NCBI RefSeq assembly: GCF_030028105.1
Contig: NC_092379.1
Coordinates: 20,003,309 to 20,067,308, forward strand
DNA from: Mobula birostris
Lineage: Eukaryota
Reading direction: 5' to 3'
DNA: 64,000 bases
The translations under genes were made by a program, and so were the position numbers. Shown here piece by piece: positions 1-12,530 of the stretch. How positions within the stretch are numbered: the stretch's first letter is position 1; every line of letters begins with the position of its first letter. A model generated the notes under the pieces. That model had not been told where the DNA came from, searched no databases, and worked only from the letters and a program-made list of their open reading frames with translations.

Positions 1-2637
1 CTTCCATCTGCCTTCACCGCAATGGCAAACTGGCACGGCTTTTACCCCCAGGGCAGGAATGCTCTCCCACTCCTCATCCCTGTCCAGACCTTCATGTGCA
101 CGTCAGGACAAAGCATCAGCATCAATATTCCTACTTCCCAGCCGGTACTTCAGGCTGAAATCACCGGCAGACAACACCACCAACCACCGATGGCCTGTGG
201 CATCCGGTGTTGCCGAGGTCAGGAATAAGTTAGGGGATTGTTGTCCGTCCTCACCTCAAACTTGGCACCATAGAGGTAGTCACTCAACTTATCAACAGCC
301 CAGTTCAACACCAGAAACTCCAACTTGTGCATGGGATGGTTTTTCTCAGAGGGTGACAGACTCTGGCTGACCAACGCAACAGGTCTCAACCAGGTGCCCT
401 CATTTTGATACAGGACATCCCCTAAGCCCTCTCTGCTGGCATCTTTCTGAACTGGAAGAATCCCAGTGGACAAATAAATTCTGTCTTCTCTTTGTCAGCC
501 TCACTCATGGGGATCTGGTAATATCCACTCCTCAAGTCCAGCACACTGAACCACTTAGCACCACTCAGACAGGCCAGCGCGTCTTCGATCCTTGGGGCTG
601 TATACTGGTCAGGGTCATATAGTCCACACACATCCATACCTGACGAAGGGTCTCGGCCTGAAACGTCGACTACACCTCTTCCTACAGATGCTGCCTGGCC
701 TGCTGCGTTCACCAGCAACTTTGATGTGTGTTGCTTGAATTTCCAGCATCTGCAGAATTCCTGTTGTTTCCATACCTTACTATTCTTCTTTCTGGCCACT
801 ACTATTGGGAACATATACGGGCTTCTGGACTCAGTGATGATCCCAGCTTCCTTCAACGTCCACGAATGCTGCCGAACATCTTCCACCTCTGCAGGGGCCA
901 GTTGCCATGACCTTTCTCTGAACGGGGTGTCCTCGGTCACCCAGATACTGTGATGAGTACTCTTGGAACAACCCACATCAAACTGGTCAATGGAAAAGAC
1001 ACCTTCCAGCTTCAACATCTTCTCTTCCAACCGGCACATAGCGGGGAGACTACGGAGTTGGATGACTCAACAGTTAACTTTCCCCCTTTTTCCAGTAGTT
1101 TCTCCCTGGCTTGTCACACAGGGACTCTAGACATTACCGTCACCAGGAAAAGATGCACCAGGGCATCCCCCACTTGAAGGTGACCTCCCTGTTCGTAGTG
1201 TTCCTGACAATCACTGCCATCCTATTCACCTGTACAACCGAGGGCTTCTGCTGTTCTCAACTCCACCCCAATCTCTACCACCCCCCGGGGCAGGCTACCC
1301 ATGGTCACTTCACCACAGGGGACCACTACCGAGGACTCTACCCTGCTGATGGAGGCCTCCCGTGCCTCTGACACATTCTTCTCCTCTCGTATTTCTCTGA
1401 TCAACTCAACAAACAAGGGAGGGAGGGTGCGTCTTACGAGATAGTCAGAAACCTCAAGCGATCAGGTCCTGGGACTGGGCGCCCTTTGCTATCTGGTCCA
1501 TTCTTAACTGATCCATCTCAGCCGCCTGAATGGCCCCTCTGCACCGCAAGCAATTTAGCTGCCTGTCAGGTCGAAAGATGTAGGCACAAAGCTTCTCCCC
1601 CTTCTTCTGACGCATGTTCTGAAACCCCGTCATGAGCTCCATTGGGCTTCCTGTCATGCCAAATGCATTTTCCAGTGCTCGCATGTAAGTGGCAGTAGTG
1701 GCAAGGGGGTACTGGGACCTTACGGCTCTCAAAACGTCAGCAGCCCACCCCCCTCAAACTTTCAACAAATCGCTGTTGTTTTACGTCATCAGAGCACTGC
1801 CACTCAACTAACAACTGAGAGATCTGCTTCACCCAAGTCTCATACTTCTCTTCCCCTTTAGGGGTGGGCTTCATTCCTGAGAACAGGCGGAGCCGACCAT
1901 ATCTGGGACTTTGGACCTGGGCATTTTTCCATTTATTCGCCAGGGAGGTAAGGGCGGATACTAACTCAGTATTCTCACACTTCCCTGGGGGACGGGGACG
2001 CATTAGACATTCCAAATCAGACCACTCCTTCCCCTCCCTAAGCAGAAACAAGAGAACCCTGTCTCTGAAGTCTCCTCCCCCGGCTACAGGAGACTGGACT
2101 TGCGCTTCGGCTGGCTCACCTACACTCTCCTCCCACGGAAAGTATGGACAGTACACACCTCCCCCCACTTCTCCTGGGGCCCCAATAGAACCAGGCAGTC
2201 CTACTGTCGTTACGTCAGCGCTAATCTGAACTAAAACAAAGTCTGTGCCTGCCATTTTATCAAATCTCCACCCCACAATCGTAACTTTGCCTACCACTTT
2301 AACAGTACTTAAAAGTGGAATAACAATTCATCGGGATTATGAATATCTGCCCCACCCAACACACACGCATTAGTTACCAGTAACCCCATGGATGAACACC
2401 ACTGCTGAACCCCGGCAGCATCCATACTAGCACACACTTAAACACACAATCCACTGGTTCAATGCTCAGGGCAATCACACAGCATCCAACAGAATCAATC
2501 CCGAGCAATAACCCCTCAGGTTCGGCCGGAGGCTTTAGTCTAGGGAAGACAGTCTCTGGCCCTGCCAAATGTGTGAAATCTGAGGTGAAAAGCCTCTTGT
2601 TTGTGTGGATGCTGCATGATGTGTTCCCCTGTTACAG
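1..2637 (-). mobile_element. Decayed Ty3/Gypsy LTR retrotransposon with PNMA-like gag, protease, RT and RNase H remnants; internally deleted and truncated by the window edge
   Basis: Minus-strand ORFs: gag RLRLFSGMKPTPKGEEKYETWVKQ...QRFVESLRG (1737-2297); [30 protein letters not shown] (422-1039); RNase H KLEFLVLNWAVDKLSDYLYGAKFEVRTDNNPLTY (219-473). Probable 5' LTR at about 2403-2637 (TGTAACA...CA on minus), followed by a TGG-starting PBS-like sequence. Confidence 0.9.
641..768 (+). mobile_element. Penelope-derived terminal repeat (hammerhead-bearing tail) inserted in Gypsy RT
   Basis: Same sequence as 36888-37015. Flanked by the direct repeat TCCATACC (633-640, 769-776). Removing it restores the in-frame K-V-W-M-C-V-D-Y. 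Confidence 0.85.
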
Positions 2638-3299
2638 ATCAGTACCATGAAATAACAGACAGTACATCATATACAATTAAACAATTTAGCTTTATAATTC
2701 TTAATTTGACTAGAGGGTTAGTAAAGAAAAACAAAAAGAAAAGGGCCCATTTTAATGAAACAGTCTAATGAGCATGTTGGAGCTCATGGTTTCCTGTCTG
2801 TTAGTCCTCCATTGCTTCCCCCCAGGTGTCGTCGACTCCCAGCCCCATTCCAAGTCCACTCCCTCCTGCAGACTACAACCTCTTCATTCTGGCATCTTCT
2901 CTCTCCATCTTCCGCTGAACAAAAGACCTCGAACCACTCGCTGTCAGGCACACAACAAGAAAAAAACTCTCTTCATTGGACTGCGCACATTCCAAAGCCC
3001 CCCTTATCTCTAGTCATAACCCAAACACTGCTGCTACAGAATGACCATTATATTAGCAGTGAAACCTTTCCCAGGACATTACAGAATGGTAATCCCCACT
3101 GACTCTGGGTGGCATCATACATATGCAGGAGTCTGGGGTCGAATGGTGAGTTTCTTTGTTTGCAATCGACTCCATTCTGCAGCTCCAAGAACACTATTGT
3201 TAGGGGTGCATTTTAAACTGAATCTACAATCCACATTCAGGTATGAAGACTGGTTGCTGTTGAAATTAGTACTTGCTATATAACATAACCCCAGAATAT

Positions 3300-3860
3300 G
3301 CCCTAGCAGCCCTCCACACGATTGAGCACATCTACAAGGAGTGCTGTTGCAGGAAAGCAGCATCCATCATCCAGCACATCCACCATCCAGGACATGCTCT
3401 CTTCTCACTGCTGCCATCAGGAAGAAGGTACAGAAGCCTTGTGTCCCAGACCACCAGGTTCAGGAACAGTTATTACCACTCAACCATCATGCTCTTGAAC
3501 CAGAGTCAATAACTTCACTCATCCCCACACCGAACTGATTCCATAAGACCATAAGATATAGGAGTAGAATTAGGCCATGTAGTCCATCGAGTCTGCTTCA
3601 CAACCTATGGACTCACTGTCAAGGGCTCTACAGCTGATGTTCACAATATTATAGATATATTATTTTGATTTCTTTTTCGTATTTACACATTTTCTTGTAT
3701 TTTGTACATTGGTTCTTTGCCCATCTTCGTTGTGTGCAGTTTTTCATTGATTCTGTTGTGTTTCTTTATTTTTACTGTCAATACCTGCAAGAAAATGAAT
3801 CTTAGTGTAGTATATAGTGACATCTGTGTACTTTGGTAATAAATTTACTCTGAACTTTGT
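3300..3860 (+). mobile_element. 3' fragment of a Rex/Babar (L2-superfamily) LINE with a short CR1 tail inserted at about 3541-3600
   Basis: Encodes KAASIIQHIHHPGHALFSLLPSGRRYRSL...TTRFRNSYY, similar to the 3' end of the 9296 LINE. Ends in AATAAA plus a short-repeat tail. Confidence 0.7.
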
Positions 3861-4099
3861 ACTTTTGGTGATGTGCTGATGCAGAGGGTGGAGAAGGAGA
3901 AAGAGATGGTGTTGGAGGCCAGGTAGATCAGGAGGCAGAAGGTAAGGGATAGAGGGGGAGCAGTTACTGGATGCTGAAGAATTTAGTTTTAAGTCTGTCG
4001 AGGTGCAGGCTCCCCTGGAGAATATCAGCACACTCAGCACCCTACCGTTTACTGTGAAAAACTTTGCCTCCCAGATTGGAACACCTCATGCAGATTCAT

Positions 4100-5460
4100 A
4101 GAGCATGGAAGTAGGACTCTTGGCCCAAATGGTCAAATTGGACTAAAATCTTATTAAAGCTGCCCATTTGCCAGTGCATACCCAACATCTCTCGAAAATA
4201 GTTGTTTCCAACCCTTTAATGCCATGGACCGATACTATTAAGCAAGGGGTCCATGGAACTCAGGTTAGGAGTCCCTGCTCTAAGTCCTCCCTATCCATGT
4301 ACCTGTCCAAGTGTTTTGTTTGTTCAAATATTGTTCTTGCATCTGCCTCACCCACTTCATCTTGCAGCAGTGCAGACCATCCTCTGGGTGAAAAAGTTGT
4401 TCCTTCTGTTCCTATTAAGTCACTTCTTCTACCAAAGAGCATGACTTCCTGACATTGTATTCCATCTACCACTTATTTGCCCATTCTCCTCATCTGTCCA
4501 AGATTTTTTTTTGCCTCTCTACTTCCTGAAAACTATCTGCCCCTCCACCTATGACAAGCTGGGTAATAATTTCTTTTAGAAACATAAAACATAGAAAACC
4601 TACAGCACAATACAGGCCTTTCGGCCCACAAAGCTGTGCTGAACATGTCCTTACCTTAGAAATTACCTAGGGTTACCCATAGCCCTCTATTTTTCTAAAC
4701 TCCATGAATCTATCCAGGAGTCTCTTAAAAGACCGTATTGTATCCGCCTCCATCACCGTTGCCTCTATAATCAATTCAGCCTCCTCTTTCAGAACCCTGG
4801 GGTGTACACCGTCTGGTCCAGGTGACTTATCTACCTTCAGACTTTTCAGTTTCTCAAGAATCTTCTCTCTCATAATGGTAGCTTCACACACTTCATGACC
4901 CTTGACACCTGGAACCTCTACCATACTGCTCGTGTCTTCCACAGTGAAGACTGATGAAATATATTTATTCAGTTCATCTGCAATTTCCTTGTCCCTCATT
5001 ACTACCCTTCCAGCATCCTTTTCCAGTGGTCTGATATGACCTCTCACCTCTCTTTTACACTTCATGTATCTGAAGAAACTGTTGGTATCCTCATTAAATT
5101 TATTGGCTAGCTTACTTTCATATTCCATCTTTACCTTCTTACTGACCTTTTCAGTTGCCTTCCGTTGTTTCTTAAAAAGCTTCCTAATCCTCTACCCAAT
5201 TTCTTCTTAGGCATATGCCCTCTCTTTAGCTTTATGTTGGCCTTGACTTCCCTTGTTCACCATGGCTGTGTCATCTTGCCTTTAGAATACTTTTTCCTTT
5301 TAGAGATGTATATATTCTGTGCCTTCTGAATTGCTTTCTGCTATTGCTGCTCTGCCATCATCCCTGCCAGTGTTCTTTTCCAATCAATTCTGGCAATCAA
5401 CTCCTCTCTCATGCTTCTGTAACTCCATTTAATCCACTGTAATACTGATATATCTCATAT
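4100..5460 (-). mobile_element. CR1 LINE fragments with a nested younger CR1 3' tail (about 4580-4760)
   Basis: ORF 4673-5128 reads KLKSLKVDKSPGPDGVHPRVLKE and joins to MEADTIRSFKRLLDRFM. CATAGAAA-type tail. Confidence 0.85.
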
Positions 5461-8400
5461 GATTACCAATTTGCGGGACTGTCCTGAATCCTTAAAGGGG
5501 CTGCACCAGCTATCCGCACTGCAAAGAGTTAGAGCGTCTAAATTCCAGAAGCTGGGTGCGTCTCGTAAAATAACCCATCACCTACGGCTGACTGCTGACA
5601 ACCCTGGCTGTTTGTAGAGGCGATGATGATAGTCGTTGAAGATAGTCGACGAAGAGGGCCAGATGTAAGATGTCTCTATCAGGCACCCAGCACCTTTCCT
5701 GGGGTCCGAATTCTTCCCAGACCATGAGGTATTGTTGAACACCCGGAGCAGTACACGAGTACAAAAGTCTTCCCACCGTGAAGACCTGGTCCCCCTCAAT
5801 AAACCAGAGTGGCAGCGGGGCTGATGGTGGTGGGGCGAAGGGGCTGTTGCAGACAGGTTTTAATTTAGAGATGTGGAAGGTGGGATTGAACTTTAGAGTC
5901 TTGGGGAGCTGCAAGGTATAAGCCATGGGGTTTACTTTCCTTAGGACTTCGATGGGTCCAGTGAATTTGCTCGCCAACTTTCTAGATTCCACATGGAGGT
6001 GCAAATTATAAGTGGACAGCCGGACCTGTTGCTCAGGGTCTAAATTGCATCCCTGTCTTCTCCTTCAGTTCGCCTTAGTCTCTGACCTCTGGATAGAGGC
6101 CAGAAAAGTTGCTCATGCCCTAATCCATTTCTGCTTGCAGCATTGGATGAAATCTTCGGCCACAGGGACCCCAACCTCTGCCTCCTTGCACGGAAAGAGA
6201 AGCAGAGGATAACCAAACTGTCACTTGAATGGTGACATCCCATACGCTGAGTGCTGTGTGGTGTTGTGGGTGACCCACACCAAATGGTCACACCACTCAT
6301 AAGGTCCTTCCGAGGCCAGGCGTCTGAGGGTACATTCTAAATCTTGTTTAGTTCACACCATCTGACCTTCAAATTGCAGGCGAAACCCAGAGAAAAAGCT
6401 TGCTGTTGCCCCTGTTAGTTTACAGAACACTCTCCAGAAATGTGATGTTTATTGTGGACCACAGTTTGAGACAACGTCCATTGGGAATCTGGATCCTGAA
6501 GACCAGGACCAGGACAATTTCGGCTGTACCCGCTGCAGATGGTTGCTTCTCCAGGGCAATGATCTTGCAGGGTTTCAAAAACCAGTCAACAATTACCATG
6601 ATGACTGACTTCCCCTTGGATGGCAAAGCCCATGGAGGTGTGTGTCCAATGCCTTTCCAGAACAGGATGTGGGTGGGGGGGCCCTTGAGATCAGGCATGA
6701 GGCTCCTTGTTCCACTCGCATGCTTCCATGAAGTACCAAACCTCTTTCGTCATTCCAGGCCACCAATACCTCCTCTTGATAAACTTGAGGGTCCTGACAA
6801 TCCCTGGCAGTGTGGTCATTCTTGACGAATGACCCCATTGGAGTACCTGTGACCGGATTGAACTTGGGACAAAGAGCTGACTCGGAGGGTCATTCTTGGA
6901 AGTTCCCCCCTTGCATTTGGGCCTTGTAAACAGGAGCGTCGATTGCTCAACAAATTGCCCCGACCACCCTGACTTGTGGCAAAATGGGGGTAGGTTGCTC
7001 CTCTCATTCTGGTTCGTCAAACTCACGGGACAGGGCATCTGGCTTCTGGTTCTTTGACCCCAGTCAATAGATCAGGATGAATTCAAAGAACAAAGACAAC
7101 CTGAACTGCTTGTTGGAATTCAGCCTCTTGGCCTCCTGAATATAAGCCAGGTTCTTCTGGTCAGACCAAACGATAAAAGGGTTCCTGGCCCTCTCAAACC
7201 AGTGATGCCATTACTCCAAAGCTAAGAACTGTAAGGGGCTCCCAATTCCCATTGTCATAGTTCCTCTCTGCTGGGGTAGCCACCTGGAGAAGAATGTGCA
7301 CGGGTGTAGTTTACCATCCAAAGGTGATCGTTGAGACAAGATGGCACCCACTCCATTGATTGAGCTGTCCACCTCCATGATGAAGGGGAGGTCCGGGTTA
7401 GGAGAAACCAAATTAGAAGCTGTTGTGAACCACTGTTTGAGCTCAACAAAAACAGACTCTGCTTCAGTAGTCCAGATGTAAGGGTGTGTAGAATTCTTAA
7501 TTAGCAACATCAGCAGATCTGCACTGAGATAAAGTTGCTCATCAACTTCTGGTAGGAATTTGCAATCACCAAGAAACATTGGATTTGTTTGCTGCTAGAT
7601 GGTGACTGCCAGTCTCTGACTGCCTGGGTCTTGGTGCGTCTTGGCAGACTTCATCTTGAGATTGCCATTGGAGATGATGAACACCAAAAATGAAACAGTC
7701 ATCACGTGAAACTCAGACTTCTCCAACAGAACATCAACTTCATGCTCTAGAAGCCTCTTTAAAATGTCCCTGACATTACCGTCATTCTTCCCGATGGACT
7801 TTGAAAGATTAGGATATCAGCAATGTAGATGAAGGAATATTTATCAAGAATATCCATAATGGCTGGAGCATTCACAAGGCTGAAGGGCATAACCAGGTAC
7901 TCGTATTACCCTACTGGTGTATTGAATGCAGTCTTCCGCTTGTCACATTCCCTTATATGGACCAGATGGTACACACTCTGTCATTCCAGATTTGTGAATA
8001 CTCTCAGTCTCAGAGCATCTCGAAGTCCATGAATGGCAGCGGGTAGTGATATTTGGCCATCATGCAGTTTAATCCTCTATAATCAATGCACGGCCGAGGG
8101 CTTCCGTCCTTCTTTCGTATGAAGCAGAAGCCTGTGCCAGCGAGTGAGGTGAAGAGCCGAATGAAGCCTGTGGCAAGAGCCTCCTTAATATACTCTTCCA
8201 CTACACTTCTCTCTGGGCCCAAGAGCGTGTTCAATCAACCCTGCAAGGGACAAGTACCAGGCAGCAGGTATCGCACAGTTGTGGGGTTGGTGTGTTGGAA
8301 GAGTAGAGGCCTTTCCCTTGCTGAAGGCCTCCTCCATGTCCTTGTAGATGGAAGCGCTTTCAACAGGTTTGGTTGTGCTATCTCCTTGGACTCTCTTTCG

Positions 8401-9295
8401 AAGATGATCCCTGAGGCTTTTTAGGCAGTGGGGTGATTCAGCTGACCTCAGAGTCTGCTCCCTAGGCTCACAAAGCTCATTCATGGAAACAAGCCAAATC
8501 GGAAGTCCAAATCCCTGTCTGAATCCTCAGGCAATGGCAGCGAGGAATTACAGAGGGTTTTTTCCCTCCTGGAAATAGGCTTCAAGACTTGGCATAATGG
8601 AATCTGTTCCATTACTCGAGACCTGGTAGCTGTGTTCCTTAAGGTTGGCTGCAAGTTCCCCAGAAAGTTCGGGAATTTCTTTGGTCCTCTCTTGAGTGAG
8701 AGATTCCCTCTAATTCCTGCGGGATCCAGACTCGATTGTGTCGGAACTCATACAGTCCCATTGTCTGGAATCAGTTTCTCCATCCAGGAGGGCAGGACTA
8801 GGTCACCAGAAGGTCTTGGGTTACTTCACACTGACGGCTGTCCCCCTTTTTGGTCATTTCTCATGGGACTGTCTGGGTCTTGGAACACCATGCCACAAAC
8901 AAACCCTCTTACAATGACTGGACCAAGAAATTGAGGGGCAGGGCCGGGAGGGGATTTGGTAGTCGAATTAGGATAGTAAAGGGAACAGATAATGTTAGTG
9001 TGAGGAATGTGAAACCAACGTTCTGTTTCAATGATTCTCCCCTCCCTCCATTCCATGGAGGATTATGCTGGGATAGCCAAGGGTACTCGAGGATCAGGGG
9101 TACAAGTGGAGAATCAATTATGTAGAAACTAATGTCTTCCACATGATCTGCTATCCTCATCTGCAAATCCACAGTCTGTTGCTGGATCCGCCCGGAACTG
9201 AGTGGGTGACTGTCCAAGACAGTGGCAGGCATGGGTTGTCTCAACCCTCGCAGTGGGCAGTAACTTACAGATAAGTTACAGTACCTGGGCCTTTG

Positions 9296-11915
9296 TCCCT
9301 CCCTCTGCAATTGGATGCTCCGGTTAGGAAGACCACAATTGGTGATAATATCTCCTCCTTGCTGACGATCAACACTGGTGCATGTCAGGGGTGTGTGCTT
9401 AGCCCACTGCTTCTCTCTCTCTCTCTATATACCCATGACTGTGTGGTTGGGCATAGCTCAAATGCCATCTATAAATTTGCTGACGATACAACCATTATTG
9501 GTAGAATCTCAGATGGAGGTGAGGGAGCGTACAGGAGCGAGATACACCAACCAGGGGAGTGGTGTCACAGCAACAACCTTGCACTCAATATCAGTAAGAC
9601 AAAAGAGCTGATTGTGGATTTCAGGAAGGGTAAGATCAGGGAACACATACCAATCTTTACAGAGGGCTCAGAAGTGGAGACAGTGAGCCATTTCAAGTTC
9701 CTGGGTGTCAGGATCTCGGAGCACCTAACCTGCTCCCAACATATCGATGCGGCTATAAAGAAGGCAAGACAGTGATCATACTTCATTAGGAGTTTGAAGA
9801 GATTTGGTATGTCAACAAAAACACTCAAAAGCTTCTACAGATGTACCATGGAGAACATGCTGACAGGCTGCATCATTGTCTGGCGGTGTGGTGGGGGGGT
9901 GGTGGGTGGCTACTGCACAGGACCTAAAGAAGCTGCAGAGGGTCGTAAATTTAGTCAGCTCTATCTTGGGTACTAGCCTACATATAGTACCCAGGACACC
10001 TTCAAGGAGAGGTATCTCAGAAAGGTAGTGTCCATTATTAAGGATCCCCAGGACCCATTACCATCAGATAGGAGGTGCAGAAACTTGAAGGCACATACTC
10101 AGCGATTCAGGAACAGCTTCTGTCCCTCTGCCATTCGATTCCTCAATGGACATTGCACCCATGAACACCCCCTCACTTTTTAAATATATATTATTTCTGT
10201 TTTTGCATAATTTTTAATCTTGTTCAATATACATACAGGTGGGCCCCGTTTTCCAACGTTCGCTTTACGATTCCTCACTGTTACAAAAGACCTGCATTAG
10301 TTACCTGTTTTCGCTAACAGAAGGTCTTTTCGCTGTTATGAAGAAAGGCAGCGCACGCCCGAACAGCCAAGCTCCTCCCCTGGAACTGTATTCTAGCTGC
10401 GGCAGCTGCCATTGCTTAAACACATACTTTATCTTGATTTATTTTGTGCATTCTTCAGCAAGATGAGTCCTAAGGTATCGGAAAAGCCTAAAAGAACTCG
10501 TAAGGGTGTTACACTTAGCGTAAAACTAGACATAATTAAGCGCTTCGATCGTGATGAACATTGTCCGCGCGTTGAACTCGCCTGTGGCCACTATTCGCAC
10601 TATTTATATGCAGAGAGAAATGGTGCTTGGTTATTCGTATAAGCAAGTGTTTAACTGTGACGAAACTGCAATTTATTGGGAAAAATTGCCAAGCAAGACA
10701 TTTATTTTGATAGAAGAAAAGCAGGCTAAGGGACACAAGGCATCGAAGGATAGGTTTACCCTAATGCCTATTATTAACACCACTGGTGATGCTGTCCTTA
10801 AGCCTCTACTAGTGTACCGTTCAGAAAATCCGAGGGCACTTAAGGTGTTGATAAGAAAACACTTCCTGTTGTGTTCCGTTCACATCCAAGAGGTTGGAAT
10901 ACACAAGTGATTTTTTTTCTGAGTACATGAGTAGATAGGTTAGTCCTTTTGTTGAAAAATACTGTAGAGAAAATAACCTCGATAATAGGTGCCTTGTGAT
11001 TGTCGATAATTGTGCTGCTCATCCGCCTGGCAGTACCGAGTATGGCGGTAACGTTCATGTTGCATTCTTACCGCTGAATACGACATCGTTGCTGCGGCCG
11101 TGTGACCAAGGCCTAATAGCCACAATTAAGGCTTCTTATACGCAAAATGTGATGCGTTTTATTGTAAGTACCATTGACGAAGAGGACAACTCCGAAGCGT
11201 CTTTGCGAGAGATCTGGAAAGAATACAATATAAAATTGGCAATCGCCAACATTGGAGATGCTCTCGATAGGCTAACAGTCTCGATGAGAAATGGCATTTG
11301 GAGGAAACTGTGTCCCGAAGCAGTGAACGATTTTAAAAGCTTCAAACCATCAACAATAAATACGGCAATATTGAGTTTGGCTACTGTGCATACATTATTT
11401 CTACTTTATAAAGGCTATGCATTTTTATACGTTATTTGGTATGATTTGGCAGCTTCATAGCTTAAAGGCTAATGGACAGAGTGTTTCTGCCGAGAGCGCT
11501 TCCGCTGAGAGTGCTGCCGTGAGATTTTCGCTGCGCTAGACAGTGCTAAAAGGTATTTCTACTTTATATAGGCTGTGTATTTATCATATCATTCCTGCTT
11601 TTACTATATGTTACTGTTATTTTAGATTTTATGTGTTATTTGGCATGATTTTGTAGGGTATTTTTTGGGTCTGAGAACACTCAAAAATTTTTCCCATATT
11701 AATAAATGGTAATTCCTTATTCACTTTACGACATTCCGGCTTACGAACCGCTTCATAGGAATGCTCTGCCTTCGGATAGCGGGGGAAACCTGTGTTCTGT
11801 AATTGGTTTATTTATTTATTTTTCTTTTATATTATGTATTGCATTGAACTGCTGCTGCTAAGTTAACAAATTTCATGACACATGCTGATGATAATAAACC
11901 TGATTCCGATTCTGA
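9296..11915 (+). mobile_element. 5'-truncated Rex/Babar-type LINE; its 3' UTR is split by Tigger
   Basis: RT NTGACQGCVLSPLL...LYTHDC...YKFADDTT (9293-9775). 3' UTR resumes after 11792 and ends AATAAACCTGATTCCGATTCTGA. Confidence 0.88.
10236..11792 (+). mobile_element. Tigger/pogo DNA transposon, internally deleted and frameshifted
   Basis: Imperfect TIRs CAGGTGGGCCCCGTTTTCC / CAGGTTTCCCCCGCTATCC, with TA on the left and TG on the right. Transposase motifs MSPKVSEK...HTH, VFNCDET, IVDNCAAHP, PCDQG. Confidence 0.92.
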
Positions 11916-12029
11916 AAATGGATGCTGAACCGATCAATGAATAAATGGGATTGGGAGTAGTGACTGCTACCGTCACAGTCTTCCCGATACTGAACAGTGT
12001 TAGCTGTCCCGACTGTTGCATCCTGGGAC

Positions 12030-12530
12030 ATTCAATCATGGCCACAGAACCTTGTATCTGTTCCTCTGTCTGAGGAATCTTCTATCAACACTGCATTCCT
12101 CTTCACCTCTCTCCTCTTCTGAGCCCCATCGCCAGACTCAGTGCCAGAGACCCGGTCACTCTGGCTCCCCATTGTTAGGTTGGCCCCTCAATTGTGTCTA
12201 AAGATAAATACTTATTATTGAGGGGAACAGCCACAGGTGTTCCCCGCACTGGCTATGCATTTCTCCTCCTTCTCCTGATAGTCACTCAGTTACCCGTCTC
12301 CTGCAACCTTGGGGTAACTACCTCCCTGTAGCTCCTGTTTGTCACCTCCTCATTCTCCCATTTGAGTAAAAGGTCATCGAGCTGCAGTTCCAGTTCCTTA
12401 ATACATTCTCTCATTTGCTGCAACTGGGTGCACCTGGTGCAGATGTGTTCACCTGGGAGACTGGAGTCTCCCAGACTTCCCACATCCCACATAGAGTGCA
12501 GAGCACTGCCCCTGGAGCCATTCTCACGAA
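12030..12530 (-). mobile_element. CR1 5' region (ORF1-like zinc-finger/coiled-coil segment)
   Basis: Encodes HICTRCTQLQQMRECIKELELQLDDL. Paralogous to 39440-39900. Confidence 0.75.

Larger units (their letters stand above)
5462..12025 (-). mobile_element. Decayed chromodomain-type Ty3/Gypsy element (copy A), interrupted by a LINE at 9296-11915; gag and 5' LTR deleted
   Basis: Integrase/chromodomain GPIEVLRKVNPMAYTLQLP...QYLMVWEEFGPQERCWVPD; RNase H; [19 protein letters not shown]; protease region. LTR remnant 5462-5575 matches LTRs at 33965 and 39020. 11945-12025 matches 38060-38140. Confidence 0.92.

Noticed and set aside
10462-11460. TIGD-like host gene
   Set aside because: Bounded by TIRs, internally deleted and frameshifted.
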